Shown here piece after piece: positions 8,093 through 17,223 of a DNA stretch of 64,000 bases. A model generated the notes under the pieces. It ran no database searches and was not told where the DNA came from. It saw only the letters and a list, made by a program, of their open reading frames with translations. Location of the stretch: positions 1 through 64,000 of the IMG/VR virus record IMGVR_UViG_2738541225_000002. One strand, 5' to 3'. Made by a program: the position numbers and the translations under genes. Position 1 is the first letter of the stretch. Every line of letters begins with the position of its first letter. The DNA is from a virus. Its lineage: Duplodnaviria > Caudoviricetes.

Positions 8093-9477
8093 GTCCGCAG
8101 GAACTGGAAGCGTGTGTACTGGCTGGCCTTCTGAACGGCGGCGCCACTCCGGATGCATTCGACGTGATCGCCTCTACGCCTGAAGAATCTTTCAGCATTG
8201 GGTTTCACCGTCGCGCGTTCTCAGAAATTAAAAAACAGGCGCTAGCGAATGGCCTGATCGACATGCTGTTTGTCAGTGAATCTCTGGGGGGGAGCAGCCT
8301 GGCGGATTTATCAGAAATTACGCGTATTCCTGCCACGGTATCGAACCTGAAGGGTTACGCAGGGAAAATGGTCAAGGCGTGGCGCAGCCGCCGTATGGCC
8401 GAGTTGCTTCAAAACGGGGCTGATGGTATCCGCCAGGCCAATAATCAGGAGCAACGCGATCAGGTTGTCGAAAGTGCCGTGGCACAGCTGCTGGACATGA
8501 CAGGCGATACCGGTGACGTGCAACCGGTTCACATTAGCGATTTGCTGCCGACCTACATGGAAACGGTACAGAAGCGCATGGATGGCGAAGAGGGGACCCG
8601 TAACCTGAAGACGGGGATCGCAGAGCTCGACGACGCTACCGGCGGTATTAACCTGCAGGATTTAATTGTCGTCGCTGGCCGCCCTGGTATGGGGAAAACG
8701 GAATTTGCGCTGAAGCTGGTTGATGGTGTTACTGCTTCCGGCGGCGGCGCGCTGATATTCAGTATGGAAATGGCCGCTGCGCAAATCGTAGAACGCTCCC
8801 TGGCTGGCTCTGGCAACATGTCGGTGTCACGCCTGCGTAATCCCCTAGATATGCAGGATGAGGACTGGGCGCGCTTTACTGCGGCGATGGAGACCATGAA
8901 CGGGCGTGATATCTGGATCGTCGATGCTACAGACCTCACGATTGAGCAAATCCGCGCGGTTGCAGAGACGCATAAACGCCGGTATCCGCATCTGGCAATG
9001 ATTGTGGTTGATTATCTCGGCCTGATTAAAAAACCGAAGGCAGAGCGTAACGACCTCGCGATCGCCCACATATCCCGAAACCTAAAAACTATGGCTATGC
9101 GCCTGCATACGCCGACATTCGCGCTTAGCCAGCTTTCCCGTGCCGTGGATTCCCGCCCGGCGACCCAGCGCCGCCCTGTCATGTCAGACCTGCGCGATTC
9201 CGGATCCATTGAACAGGACGCCGACAGCATCATGTTCCTGTACCGCGATGAGGTCTACAACCCGGAGAGCCCGGCCGCTGGAATTGCCGAAATCATTCTG
9301 GGGAAAAGTCGCTTCAGCGCCGCCGGCGCCGTTATCTATCAGGAGTTCAAAAACGGCCATTTTCTGCACGTCGATCAACATGTCGGCAAAGAAAAAACAC
9401 GCATTCAACTGGAGGCCACAAAACCACGAAAACAACCACGTAAATACTCTGAGAAATTCAATACCGATGCATTTTAA
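8089..9477 (+). CDS. dnaB: Replicative DNA helicase
   Basis: AGRPGMGKT Walker A, VDYL, LSQLSR, DLRDSGSIEQDAD. Confidence 0.95.
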   Translation: MSPQELEACVLAGLLNGGATPDAFDVIASTPEESFSIGFHRRAFSEIKKQALANGLIDMLFVSESLGGSSLADLSEITRIPATVSNLKGYAGKMVKAWRSRRMAELLQNGADGIRQANNQEQRDQVVESAVAQLLDMTGDTGDVQPVHISDLLPTYMETVQKRMDGEEGTRNLKTGIAELDDATGGINLQDLIVVAGRPGMGKTEFALKLVDGVTASGGGALIFSMEMAAAQIVERSLAGSGNMSVSRLRNPLDMQDEDWARFTAAMETMNGRDIWIVDATDLTIEQIRAVAETHKRRYPHLAMIVVDYLGLIKKPKAERNDLAIAHISRNLKTMAMRLHTPTFALSQLSRAVDSRPATQRRPVMSDLRDSGSIEQDADSIMFLYRDEVYNPESPAAGIAEIILGKSRFSAAGAVIYQEFKNGHFLHVDQHVGKEKTRIQLEATKPRKQPRKYSEKFNTDAF

Positions 9478-9515
9478 CCGCGCCTGACCAGCGCTACATA
9501 ACCGAGGAAAGACCA

Positions 9516-10166
9516 ATGACCACGAATTTAAATTACCCAAAACCAGTGAATCCTGATGATGGCTGCGACTGGCTGCCCGTTATTTTATGGCGCATGAACG
9601 CTGGCGCCCGAGCTCGTAGCCGTTCCGTGTTTGTTTCGGCTCCACGCCCGGCTCCTGTTGACGGCATTACTCCACAAAAACCGGTTAAGCGTGAAGTAGC
9701 AGCGCCCGTAGTATCCGGCCGCCAGCGCAAAACGCATATCGGGACTGTGATTTATTCCAGAGGCGAAAAAAGCGTTCGCCTGAGCGAAGGCGCGACCGTC
9801 TGGTCTGCTGGCTCCAATGAGCATTTTGATAAAATAACAGGCCAGCGCGTCGGCAGTATTGGCCGGCATCGCCTGGTGCTGGAGAGTATTAAGCCCCTGA
9901 GAAAGACTACCCAGGAAGTATCCGCCCAGCAGCTTGTTGCGCTGATGAAGGGTAAAAAGCTGTCGTACCAGAACATCCTTTCAGCCATTAAAAAACATCA
10001 TCCCGGTGCTGAAATCACCTTACGCGATCTGCAAAAACGTATCGCAACGATGCTCGCATCGAATCACGTCGGAATTATTCGACATGATGACATGCCGGTG
10101 CCGCATTTCACACTCACCAGCGTGGATCCCCGCTATTACGCCAACTCAGAAAAAACGGGGGTTTAG
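9516..10166 (+). CDS. Hypothetical protein
   Basis: 216 aa; RBS GAGGAAAGACCA. Confidence 0.75.
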   Translation: MTTNLNYPKPVNPDDGCDWLPVILWRMNAGARARSRSVFVSAPRPAPVDGITPQKPVKREVAAPVVSGRQRKTHIGTVIYSRGEKSVRLSEGATVWSAGSNEHFDKITGQRVGSIGRHRLVLESIKPLRKTTQEVSAQQLVALMKGKKLSYQNILSAIKKHHPGAEITLRDLQKRIATMLASNHVGIIRHDDMPVPHFTLTSVDPRYYANSEKTGV

Positions 10167-10169
10167 GGC

Positions 10170-10403
10170 ATGTCCGGGCAATCAGATTATCTGCCGCCCG
10201 GCTTACCGCTCAATCGCGCCAAATGGCCGCAGGAGTGCCAGATCAAAGAGCACTACGACATGCGGGCCTCAGCACTCATACGCCAGCTGTTCGAGAAGAA
10301 AGTTACTCGGCAGTACATCGTAGAGTCGATTGCTGCGACGCCGGAAAGCTACCGGGAGTTTTTCAAAGAACGATTAAATTTTTGGCGGGAGAAAAGGGCA
10401 TGA
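10170..10403 (+). CDS. Hypothetical protein
   Basis: 77 aa, tightly packed in the operon. Confidence 0.65.
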   Translation: MSGQSDYLPPGLPLNRAKWPQECQIKEHYDMRASALIRQLFEKKVTRQYIVESIAATPESYREFFKERLNFWREKRA

Positions 10404-10546
10404 AGAACTTATTTTCACTCGAGGTTGAGCATTACAGCAAATATACCCTGCGTTGGTTTGCCGCGGCGATAAACGCAATTGGCCTGGTTGCATTTGGCAT
10501 AATTACTTATGGCATCTGCATGATGATCGAATGGTGGACAGCATGA
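10400..10546 (+). CDS. Small membrane protein
   Basis: 48 aa, ATGA overlaps at both ends, one hydrophobic helix. Confidence 0.55.
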   Translation: MKNLFSLEVEHYSKYTLRWFAAAINAIGLVAFGIITYGICMMIEWWTA

Positions 10547-11307
10547 ACATCGATACAGTAAACGAACTCATTCAATCACTGGTGTCGGCTGGCGCGCTGT
10601 TTGTCTCCAACCATTCTGGCGGCAAAGACAGCCAAGTGATGCTCATCAATCTGCTTGAGGTCATCCCGCCGAGTCAGCTTGTCGTCGTGCATGCATCGCT
10701 TGGCGCGATGGAATGGCCAGGAGCGCTGGAGCTGGCCCAGAAGCAGGCAGAGGCCGCAGGCATACCGTTCATCGTCGCCCGTGCACACAAGACCCTGCTG
10801 GAGATGGTAGAGCGTCGATTCGTGAACCGCCCAGAGGTTCCGAGCTGGCCTTCTGCCAGTACCCGGCAGTGCACCAGTGACCTGAAGCGCGGACCTATCC
10901 AGCGCGAGGTTAGAGCCTATGCGAAGGCCAACGGGTTCAAGGTCATCGTTAACTGCCTGGGCCTGCGGGCTCAGGAGTCGCCTGGTCGCGCAAAGCGGCA
11001 GGCGTTCCGGAAGAACGAGACGGACTCCAACTCAGTTCTGACCTGGTATGAGTGGCTGCCGGTTCATGAGATGAAGGCCGACGAAGTGTTCACCACCATC
11101 CGCGAGACTGGTCAGGAACCGCATTACGCTTACGCGCTGGGTAATGAGCGTCTTAGCTGCGTGTTCTGCATCATGGCAAGCCGCAACGATCTGAAGAACG
11201 GCGCAACGCATCACCCTGACCTGCTGGAGCAGTATGCGGCACTGGAGGCTCGTACTGGCTACACCATGCACATGAATCGCATACCAATTAAGGAGCTTGC
11301 AGCATGA
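10543..11307 (+). CDS. PAPS-reductase-family (PP-loop) protein
   Basis: SGGKDS, RQCTSDLK, GLRAQES and RLSCVFC motifs. Confidence 0.85.
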   Translation: MNIDTVNELIQSLVSAGALFVSNHSGGKDSQVMLINLLEVIPPSQLVVVHASLGAMEWPGALELAQKQAEAAGIPFIVARAHKTLLEMVERRFVNRPEVPSWPSASTRQCTSDLKRGPIQREVRAYAKANGFKVIVNCLGLRAQESPGRAKRQAFRKNETDSNSVLTWYEWLPVHEMKADEVFTTIRETGQEPHYAYALGNERLSCVFCIMASRNDLKNGATHHPDLLEQYAALEARTGYTMHMNRIPIKELAA

Positions 11308-11624
11308 CTTATATCACCGAACTGGCGCAGAAACGCAACGCTGCAATTTCTCAGCTAAGTGGCGCATTTGAACCATGACACATTAACCATCGTGAAGTTG
11401 ACGCACTGTCATACGTCGCCGATGTGATGAATGAGCTGGTAGAGTCTAGGAATCCTTCCGTACGGCATACATGGAGTGGGGCAATGAAACAGGCTGGGGG
11501 CAGGCGGATAAGACGGTATTGATTTTTTGATGGTTATGTGTGAGACATAAAGTGTAGATATAGAACATTTGCATTACATGTCATACAATAGAATATCAAT
11601 ATTGATAATAATTTGAGGGGATAT

Positions 11625-12521
11625 ATGGATAATCGAGATGCTAGTTGCGAATCATCTCTTGATGAGGGTTCGCACAAGGACTTAAAAAAACCCATTTGCG
11701 GTATAATTATGCCTATATCTGATACGGATGGATATCCTGTCGGGCACTGGAATGATGTTTACTCTATATTATGCGAGTCAGCAAGGTGGGCCGGTTTTGA
11801 GCCAAAGTTAGTAAGCATAGATAAAAATGAAAGTGTTGTGGTTATTCATAAAAGTATTGTTCAGAATATATATGATAACCCTATTGTTATTTGCGATATT
11901 AGTAGCAGGAATGCTAATGTTATGTTGGAGTTAGGGATGCGCCTAGCATTTGACAAACCAGTAATCATTGTTAAAGATGATAAAACCCCATTCAGTTTCG
12001 ATATTTCCCCAATAGAACATTTACACTACCCTAGTGATTTAAGATATAAAAAAATAAATGAATTCGAGTTATTGTTAAAAGAGAAAATAGTAAATACTTA
12101 CAAGGCGTCGCAGAGTGATATAAATCACTCTACATTCTTGAAAAACTATGGAACTTTTGTAACTGCAAAGATAGATGAAAAAGAAGTTAGTATGGATAAT
12201 TTCATTCTCAATGAGTTGGGAGAGATGAAAAGAATGTTGTTAAGTGCATCATCGTTAAATAGGGGAGTGTTGGCGCCGCCAGAAAATACCCTCCCTAAAG
12301 ATGTTATGTTTGTAAGTGTTAGTAATTATGATGATTACAACTTAAGGAGGTTATATTCTTTCTTGGTTGAGGAAGGAGTTCCGGTTAAAGATGTAACGTC
12401 TTACGATGAAGGGACTCTTAGTGTAAGATTTAAACATGATATAACAACAGAACTAAAAGATAGGATGGATAGCTTAATTATTAAGTTTAAGAATGAACAT
12501 GCGTTTTATTCAATTTTTTAA
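11625..12521 (+). CDS. AT-rich moron, nucleoside 2-deoxyribosyltransferase/TIR-like domain protein
   Basis: CGIIMPI...ICDISSRNANVMLELGMRLAFDKPVIIV...FDI motif; GAGGGG RBS; low GC. Confidence 0.7.
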   Translation: MDNRDASCESSLDEGSHKDLKKPICGIIMPISDTDGYPVGHWNDVYSILCESARWAGFEPKLVSIDKNESVVVIHKSIVQNIYDNPIVICDISSRNANVMLELGMRLAFDKPVIIVKDDKTPFSFDISPIEHLHYPSDLRYKKINEFELLLKEKIVNTYKASQSDINHSTFLKNYGTFVTAKIDEKEVSMDNFILNELGEMKRMLLSASSLNRGVLAPPENTLPKDVMFVSVSNYDDYNLRRLYSFLVEEGVPVKDVTSYDEGTLSVRFKHDITTELKDRMDSLIIKFKNEHAFYSIF

Positions 12522-12589
12522 TATGAGTAATTGATAGGTGTTTTGGACTTTAAATTCTGAACAGTTGCTGTGCCAAAAGTGGATAACCA

Positions 12590-12776
12590 ATGGCGCAGTT
12601 TTTTTGTGAAATCACCCTGCGGCGTATTAATTCCGTTAAATCATTACGCCGCGCGAATTATCAGAAAAAAAGTCCGTATGGGCGGTATTTTGTATGCGGA
12701 TTTTAAGCAGGCTCGAAACCCGGCGTTCCATCGTAAATTTTTCGCCCTCCTGAATCTGGGCTTCGATTACTGGCAA
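12590..12776 (+). pseudogene. Frameshifted 5' fragment of a DUF1367-family gene
   Basis: Resembles the start of 13495-14088; 12699-12776 is identical to 13603-13680. Confidence 0.8.
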
Positions 12777-13068
12777 TTGAACTGGTGTTGGATGAGCAGG
12801 AGCAGGAGATGCTGGCGCGTAACTGCGCCGCCCGGCGCCCTGGTCGTGCGCCGCCCGGCGCCCTGGTCGTGCGCCGTACGAAATGGCCGAGTGCATCGCG
12901 CTGCTGATCCGCCAGGATGATGCGCGGGTGAGCGGCCGTATTAAATCCAACAGTAAACGCCAGTGCGGTAAGTGCGGTGACCGGCTTCCAGTTGAAGCGT
13001 GCCCGTGCGCCGGTGACTCACAGTGCTGGGTTACCTCCGGGTGGCATGAAACCAAATTGACGGCGTGA
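12777..13068 (+). pseudogene. 5'-truncated, frameshifted lambdoid Cys-rich protein gene
   Basis: ELVLDEQEQEMLARNCAARRPGR...CGKCG...CPC reading is broken by a 23-bp tandem duplication at 12824-12876. Confidence 0.65.
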
Positions 13069-13194
13069 CACTTCACTGCAATAAATATTTTATTTCTCAT
13101 GTTTAACAATTAGATAGGTTGTTGCATAGGCAACTAAATTTAACGTTTTGTGCTCTTAAAGGTTTGCGATTTAGTACAGATGGGAGTATATATA

Positions 13195-13210
13195 CTGTAA
13201 TTATATACAG
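13195..13210 (+). promoter_or_regulatory. LexA (SOS) box
   Basis: taCTGTAATTATATACAGta fits CTG-N10-CAG with an AT-rich spacer. Confidence 0.8.
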
Positions 13211-13225
13211 TAAATCGTTGAAGGG

Positions 13226-13426
13226 GTGGGGGTTGTGGTTGATAAGCATAAGGCAGGCGATCTGCTCCCCGACGATGGCACTGTTTTATTCACATGCGAA
13301 AACGGTCAAATCAAGAAGACAAGATGTGTCCATGATAACGAGCATGTGGCATCTATTAACTCGTTGATTGAATTAGCAAAACTATCTGGTTACACCATTA
13401 TAAAACCGGATGGGACTGTGCTATAA
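13226..13426 (+). CDS. Small SOS-regulated hypothetical protein
   Basis: ~63-66 aa ORF directly after the LexA box; start codon uncertain. Confidence 0.65.
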   Translation: MGVVVDKHKAGDLLPDDGTVLFTCENGQIKKTRCVHDNEHVASINSLIELAKLSGYTIIKPDGTVL

Positions 13427-13494
13427 TTACAGCGTTGGACTGAACACCCAACACACTGTATTTCTGAACAATTGCTGCGCTAAAGGGGAACCCA

Positions 13495-14088
13495 ATGGCG
13501 CAGTATTCTTTTGTAAAAGCACCCGGTGATGTGTTAATTCCCGCATCGCCAGACGCTCGCGATTTTGTGAAGAAAATTAAACTGGGTGCCGTCCTGTATT
13601 CCGATTTTAAGCAGGCTCGAAACCCGGCGTTCCATCGTAAATTTTTCGCCCTCCTGAATCTGGGCTTCGATTACTGGCAACCTTCCGGCGGTGCAATATC
13701 GCCAGCCGATAAAAAACTGGTGCGTGGCTATGTGCAGCTGGTGGCCCACTATGCCGGGCATGCCGACACATTGCAGGAACTGGCGGTTCAGTATCTGCGC
13801 GATGAAGCAGAAAAACGCGCCGGGAATATCAGCGCGGTAAAATCGTTTGAAGCATTCCGTTCCTGGGTAACCATCGAAGCCGGTTTTTATACCGAATACC
13901 AGATGCCGGATGGCACCATTCGCAAAGAACCCAAATCCATATCGTTCGCAAAAATGGACGATGTAGAATTTTCCCAGCTGTATAAATCCGTATTAGATGT
14001 CCTCTGGAATTTTATTTTATTCCGCACCTTCCCAACGCAGCAGGCAGCAGAAAACGCAGCCTCGCAATTATTCAGCTATGCCGCCTGA
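13495..14088 (+). CDS. DUF1367-family protein
   Basis: RNPAFHRKFFALLNLGFDYW...PKSISFAKMDD. Confidence 0.85.
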   Translation: MAQYSFVKAPGDVLIPASPDARDFVKKIKLGAVLYSDFKQARNPAFHRKFFALLNLGFDYWQPSGGAISPADKKLVRGYVQLVAHYAGHADTLQELAVQYLRDEAEKRAGNISAVKSFEAFRSWVTIEAGFYTEYQMPDGTIRKEPKSISFAKMDDVEFSQLYKSVLDVLWNFILFRTFPTQQAAENAASQLFSYAA

Positions 14089-14099
14089 GAATTATCGCC

Positions 14100-14402
14100 A
14101 TGACCAAAGACGATAAACGCTGGCTGGAAGACGTTGCATCACTGGGTTGCGTCGTATGTAGAAATCTTGGCTATGGCGCCACACCCGCAGAAGTTCATCA
14201 CATACGTAAAGGGCAGGGCACAGCCCAGCGCGCCAACCACAAAGAAACTCTCCCGCTTTGCCCGCCACACCACAGAACCGGCGGACACGGCGTAGCTATC
14301 CATGCAGGGCAAAAAACGTGGGAAGAAAACTATGGTACTGAATCTGAATTACTCGATCAGGTAATTGCTGAAGTGGGGGAATTACGTTTATGCAGAATTT
14401 AA
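14100..14402 (+). CDS. Ref-family HNH nuclease
   Basis: CVVC...AEVHH...PLCPPHH. Confidence 0.8.
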   Translation: MTKDDKRWLEDVASLGCVVCRNLGYGATPAEVHHIRKGQGTAQRANHKETLPLCPPHHRTGGHGVAIHAGQKTWEENYGTESELLDQVIAEVGELRLCRI

Positions 14403-14557
14403 TTCCGTCCTTAGGAGCAGCAGATAAATCCAAAAACTGTCATATCTCCCCGCGGGCAGTAAGAACAATATTCTGTTTCGGCTCCTTTTCCATTCCGGCT
14501 GCCGGCGATTTTGCTCCTTCCTATGCTCGCGCACGCGCGCGTTTAGGGGGCTGATTT

Positions 14558-14854
14558 ATGCCGCTGGTCGCCACCTTCCGCACCGACTGGTTTCGGGTCA
14601 TCACCGACCTGACCAGAAAAAACCTCACCACTCAGCAAATAGCCGATGAGCTCGGCGTTTCAAAATCCGCCGTCCTCGGGTGGAAATCCGGATCCGAGCC
14701 TCGCCACGGCCACGGTGAATCGTTGATCGCGCTATGGTGCCTGGCTACCAGCTCAGACAGAAAAAAACTCCCTACCGTGCTTTACCGGCAGTGGTGGACG
14801 TTCCGCCGCCCTGCATTTGGTCGGGAAACTGACCAGAACGGCAACACACAATGA
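14558..14854 (+). CDS. HTH protein, candidate late-gene activator
   Basis: TTQQIADELGVSKSAVLGWK HTH; last gene before the virion genes, where Q normally sits. Confidence 0.7.
   Translation: MPLVATFRTDWFRVITDLTRKNLTTQQIADELGVSKSAVLGWKSGSEPRHGHGESLIALWCLATSSDRKKLPTVLYRQWWTFRRPAFGRETDQNGNTQ
14819..14852 (+). promoter_or_regulatory. Late-promoter box 1
   Basis: GGTCGG-GAAA-CTGACC, 12 nt, CACAAT. Confidence 0.7.
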
Positions 14855-14882
14855 CGATTCACTAATTCAGGAGTGAAAGAAA

Positions 14883-15362
14883 ATGGCTCGACCGAGAAAA
14901 ACCGTTGAAACACCGGGGCAGGAAAAAACGGCGCCGAATGGCGGTGTGCTAGCTAATGAGGGGCAGTTAATTACCTTAAATACCGCTAAGAATACCGTAT
15001 TTACAGCCACCGAAGCTGTGTCGCTCAACGAGCAGGGCGCTCAACGTGACGTAGGTGATCTGGTAGTACAGCAGAACGTTTCGACGCTGCTTGATGGTAC
15101 TCAGCTGGCCGAACGTAACGCCATCCTGGGCACACTCAATGCGCAGGGAGCGGCTATTGTCGCGCGCTTTGAAGAATATGCATTCTCTGACTCTATCGGC
15201 CACCCACTGACCAACAACCTCGACTTCCTCAACCTCGTACGCAAAGCCACCGACGTTGTAACTGGCGGCACCGGCCCGATGGTGACGAACGAAGAGGGCA
15301 AGAAACAACCGGCGCCGGGTAAACCGGTATTAACCGAACACGGCTGGCACGTTCCAGGCTAA
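14883..15362 (+). CDS. Hypothetical late protein
   Basis: 159 aa, AGGAG RBS. Confidence 0.75.
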   Translation: MARPRKTVETPGQEKTAPNGGVLANEGQLITLNTAKNTVFTATEAVSLNEQGAQRDVGDLVVQQNVSTLLDGTQLAERNAILGTLNAQGAAIVARFEEYAFSDSIGHPLTNNLDFLNLVRKATDVVTGGTGPMVTNEEGKKQPAPGKPVLTEHGWHVPG

Positions 15363-15372
15363 GGAGATTGCT

Positions 15373-15597
15373 ATGTGTGGTGGCGGTACACCGAAAGTCG
15401 TTGAGACAGACCCGCAAGCAGAAGCCGACGCAGCAGCCGACGCAGCAGCGAAGGCCGCGAACGCCGACGCAGCAGCGCGGAAGAAGCGTAAGAAAGGCTC
15501 CTCGTTGCTGGCGAGCGGTGCTGAAGGTGCAACGGATACAGGCTCTTCCCTGCTGTCCACTGGCGCGCAGGCAGCGAAAAACACCTTAGGGGCATAA
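15373..15597 (+). CDS. Small basic virion-associated protein
   Basis: MCGGGTPK...RKKRKKG..LL directly before the portal gene; AAGGAG RBS. Confidence 0.7.
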   Translation: MCGGGTPKVVETDPQAEADAAADAAAKAANADAAARKKRKKGSSLLASGAEGATDTGSSLLSTGAQAAKNTLGA

Positions 15598-15600
15598 CCG

Positions 15601-17223
15601 ATGGAAGAACTGGCCGTACGGCTGATTAAGCGTGTCGATTCCCTCAAAGCGGCCCGCCAGGTGCACGAAAGCGTCTGGCGGGAGTGCTACGACTACACCT
15701 ACCCGCTGCGCGGTGCAGGGCTATCCGAAACGGTTCTCGATGCGCAGAGCGCAAAATCTAAAGTGGCTAAGCTGCTCGACGGCACGGCCACCGACAGCGC
15801 CCGTATGCTGGCTTCTGCGCTCATGTCCGGCATGACCCCGGCAAACGCGCAGTGGCTGAATCTGGATAGCGAGCTGCTGCCGGACGATGCCGCTGCGTGG
15901 TTGTCCACCTGCGCGACGCTGGTCTGGGAGAATATCCACGCCGCTAACTTCGACGCAGAGGGCTACGAGTCCAATCTCGATGTGGTGTGCGCTGGCTGGT
16001 TCGTGCTCTACATCGATGAGGACCGCGAAGAAGGCGGCCTGTCGTTCCAGCAATGGCCGCTGGCGCAGTCCTACGTTGCATCCACCCGCCGCGACGGCAT
16101 CGTGGACACGATTTATCGCTGCTACCAGCTCACCGCCGCGCAGGCTGTGAAAGAGTTTGGCGAGAAGAACGTCAGCGAAAAGATCCGTGAGACAGCGAGA
16201 AAATCCCCTGACGATAAATTCGAGTTCATGCACTGCATTTTTCCGCGTGAAACCTACGTTGCGAATGCGCGCCTGGCGAAAAATCTGCGCTTTGCATCGT
16301 ACAACATCGAGGTGAGCGGCAAGCGCATCGTGCGCGAGTCCGGCTATCACGAGTTCCCGTGCTGCGTTCCGCGCTGGATGAAAATACCCGGCACCTCGTA
16401 CGGCATCGGCCCGGTATACGACGCGCTGCCCGACTGCAAGGAGCTGAACGAAACCAAACGCATGGAGAAGGCCGCGCAGGATCTGGCGATTGCGGGCATG
16501 TGGATTGCCGAAGATGACGGCGTGCTCAACCCGCGCACGGTCAAGGTAGGGCCGCGCCGCATCATCGTGGCGAACAGCACGGACAGCATGAAGCCGTTGC
16601 TTACCGGCGCCGATTTCAACGTGGCGTTTTCCGCTGAGGAACGTCTACAGGCTTCTATCCGCAAAATCATGATGGCCGACCAGCTGCAGCCGCAGGACGG
16701 CCCAGCGATGACCGCTACCGAAGTGCACGTGCGCGTCGCGCTCATCCGCCAGCTGCTGGGCCCGGTCTATGGCCGATTCCAGGCGGAGTATTTGCAGCCG
16801 CTGGTCGAGCGCTGCTTTGGCCTGGCGTACCGCGCTGGCGCATTCCCACCGGCGCCAGAGAGCCTGCAAAACGCCAATTTCAACGTGCGCTACATCTCGC
16901 CGCTGGCCCGCGCGCAGCAGCTGGAGAACGTCACGGCAATCGAACGCCTGGGCGCCAACGTGGCGAATCTGGCGCAGGTGGCACCGGAAGTGACCGACCT
17001 TATCGACGCGGACGAAGCTACCCGCGTAATTGCCGATGCGCTGGGCGTACCGGCGAAAGTCATCCGCACCTCTGATGCGGTCGATCAGCTCCGTCAGCAG
17101 CGCCAGCAGGCGCAACAGCAACAGGCAGGGCAGACGCTGATGATGCAGGCTGGCAGCGAAGCGGCAACCACCGCTGGGCAGCAGGTCGGTGCAGCACTGG
17201 GCCAACGAGTAGCGGGGGGCTAA
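15601..17223 (+). CDS. Portal / head-tail connector (T7/BPP-1 type)
   Basis: YGIGP, MTATEV and YISPLARAQ motifs; 540 aa. Confidence 0.92.
   Translation: MEELAVRLIKRVDSLKAARQVHESVWRECYDYTYPLRGAGLSETVLDAQSAKSKVAKLLDGTATDSARMLASALMSGMTPANAQWLNLDSELLPDDAAAWLSTCATLVWENIHAANFDAEGYESNLDVVCAGWFVLYIDEDREEGGLSFQQWPLAQSYVASTRRDGIVDTIYRCYQLTAAQAVKEFGEKNVSEKIRETARKSPDDKFEFMHCIFPRETYVANARLAKNLRFASYNIEVSGKRIVRESGYHEFPCCVPRWMKIPGTSYGIGPVYDALPDCKELNETKRMEKAAQDLAIAGMWIAEDDGVLNPRTVKVGPRRIIVANSTDSMKPLLTGADFNVAFSAEERLQASIRKIMMADQLQPQDGPAMTATEVHVRVALIRQLLGPVYGRFQAEYLQPLVERCFGLAYRAGAFPPAPESLQNANFNVRYISPLARAQQLENVTAIERLGANVANLAQVAPEVTDLIDADEATRVIADALGVPAKVIRTSDAVDQLRQQRQQAQQQQAGQTLMMQAGSEAATTAGQQVGAALGQRVAGG

Noticed and set aside
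10543-11307. Complete Dnd/Ssp phosphorothioation system
   Set aside because: No cysteine desulfurase, ATPase or other partner genes in the window.
11304-11520. Short ORFs after the PAPS-reductase gene
   Set aside because: Fragments of about 24 codons that look like deletion scars; not supportable as genes.
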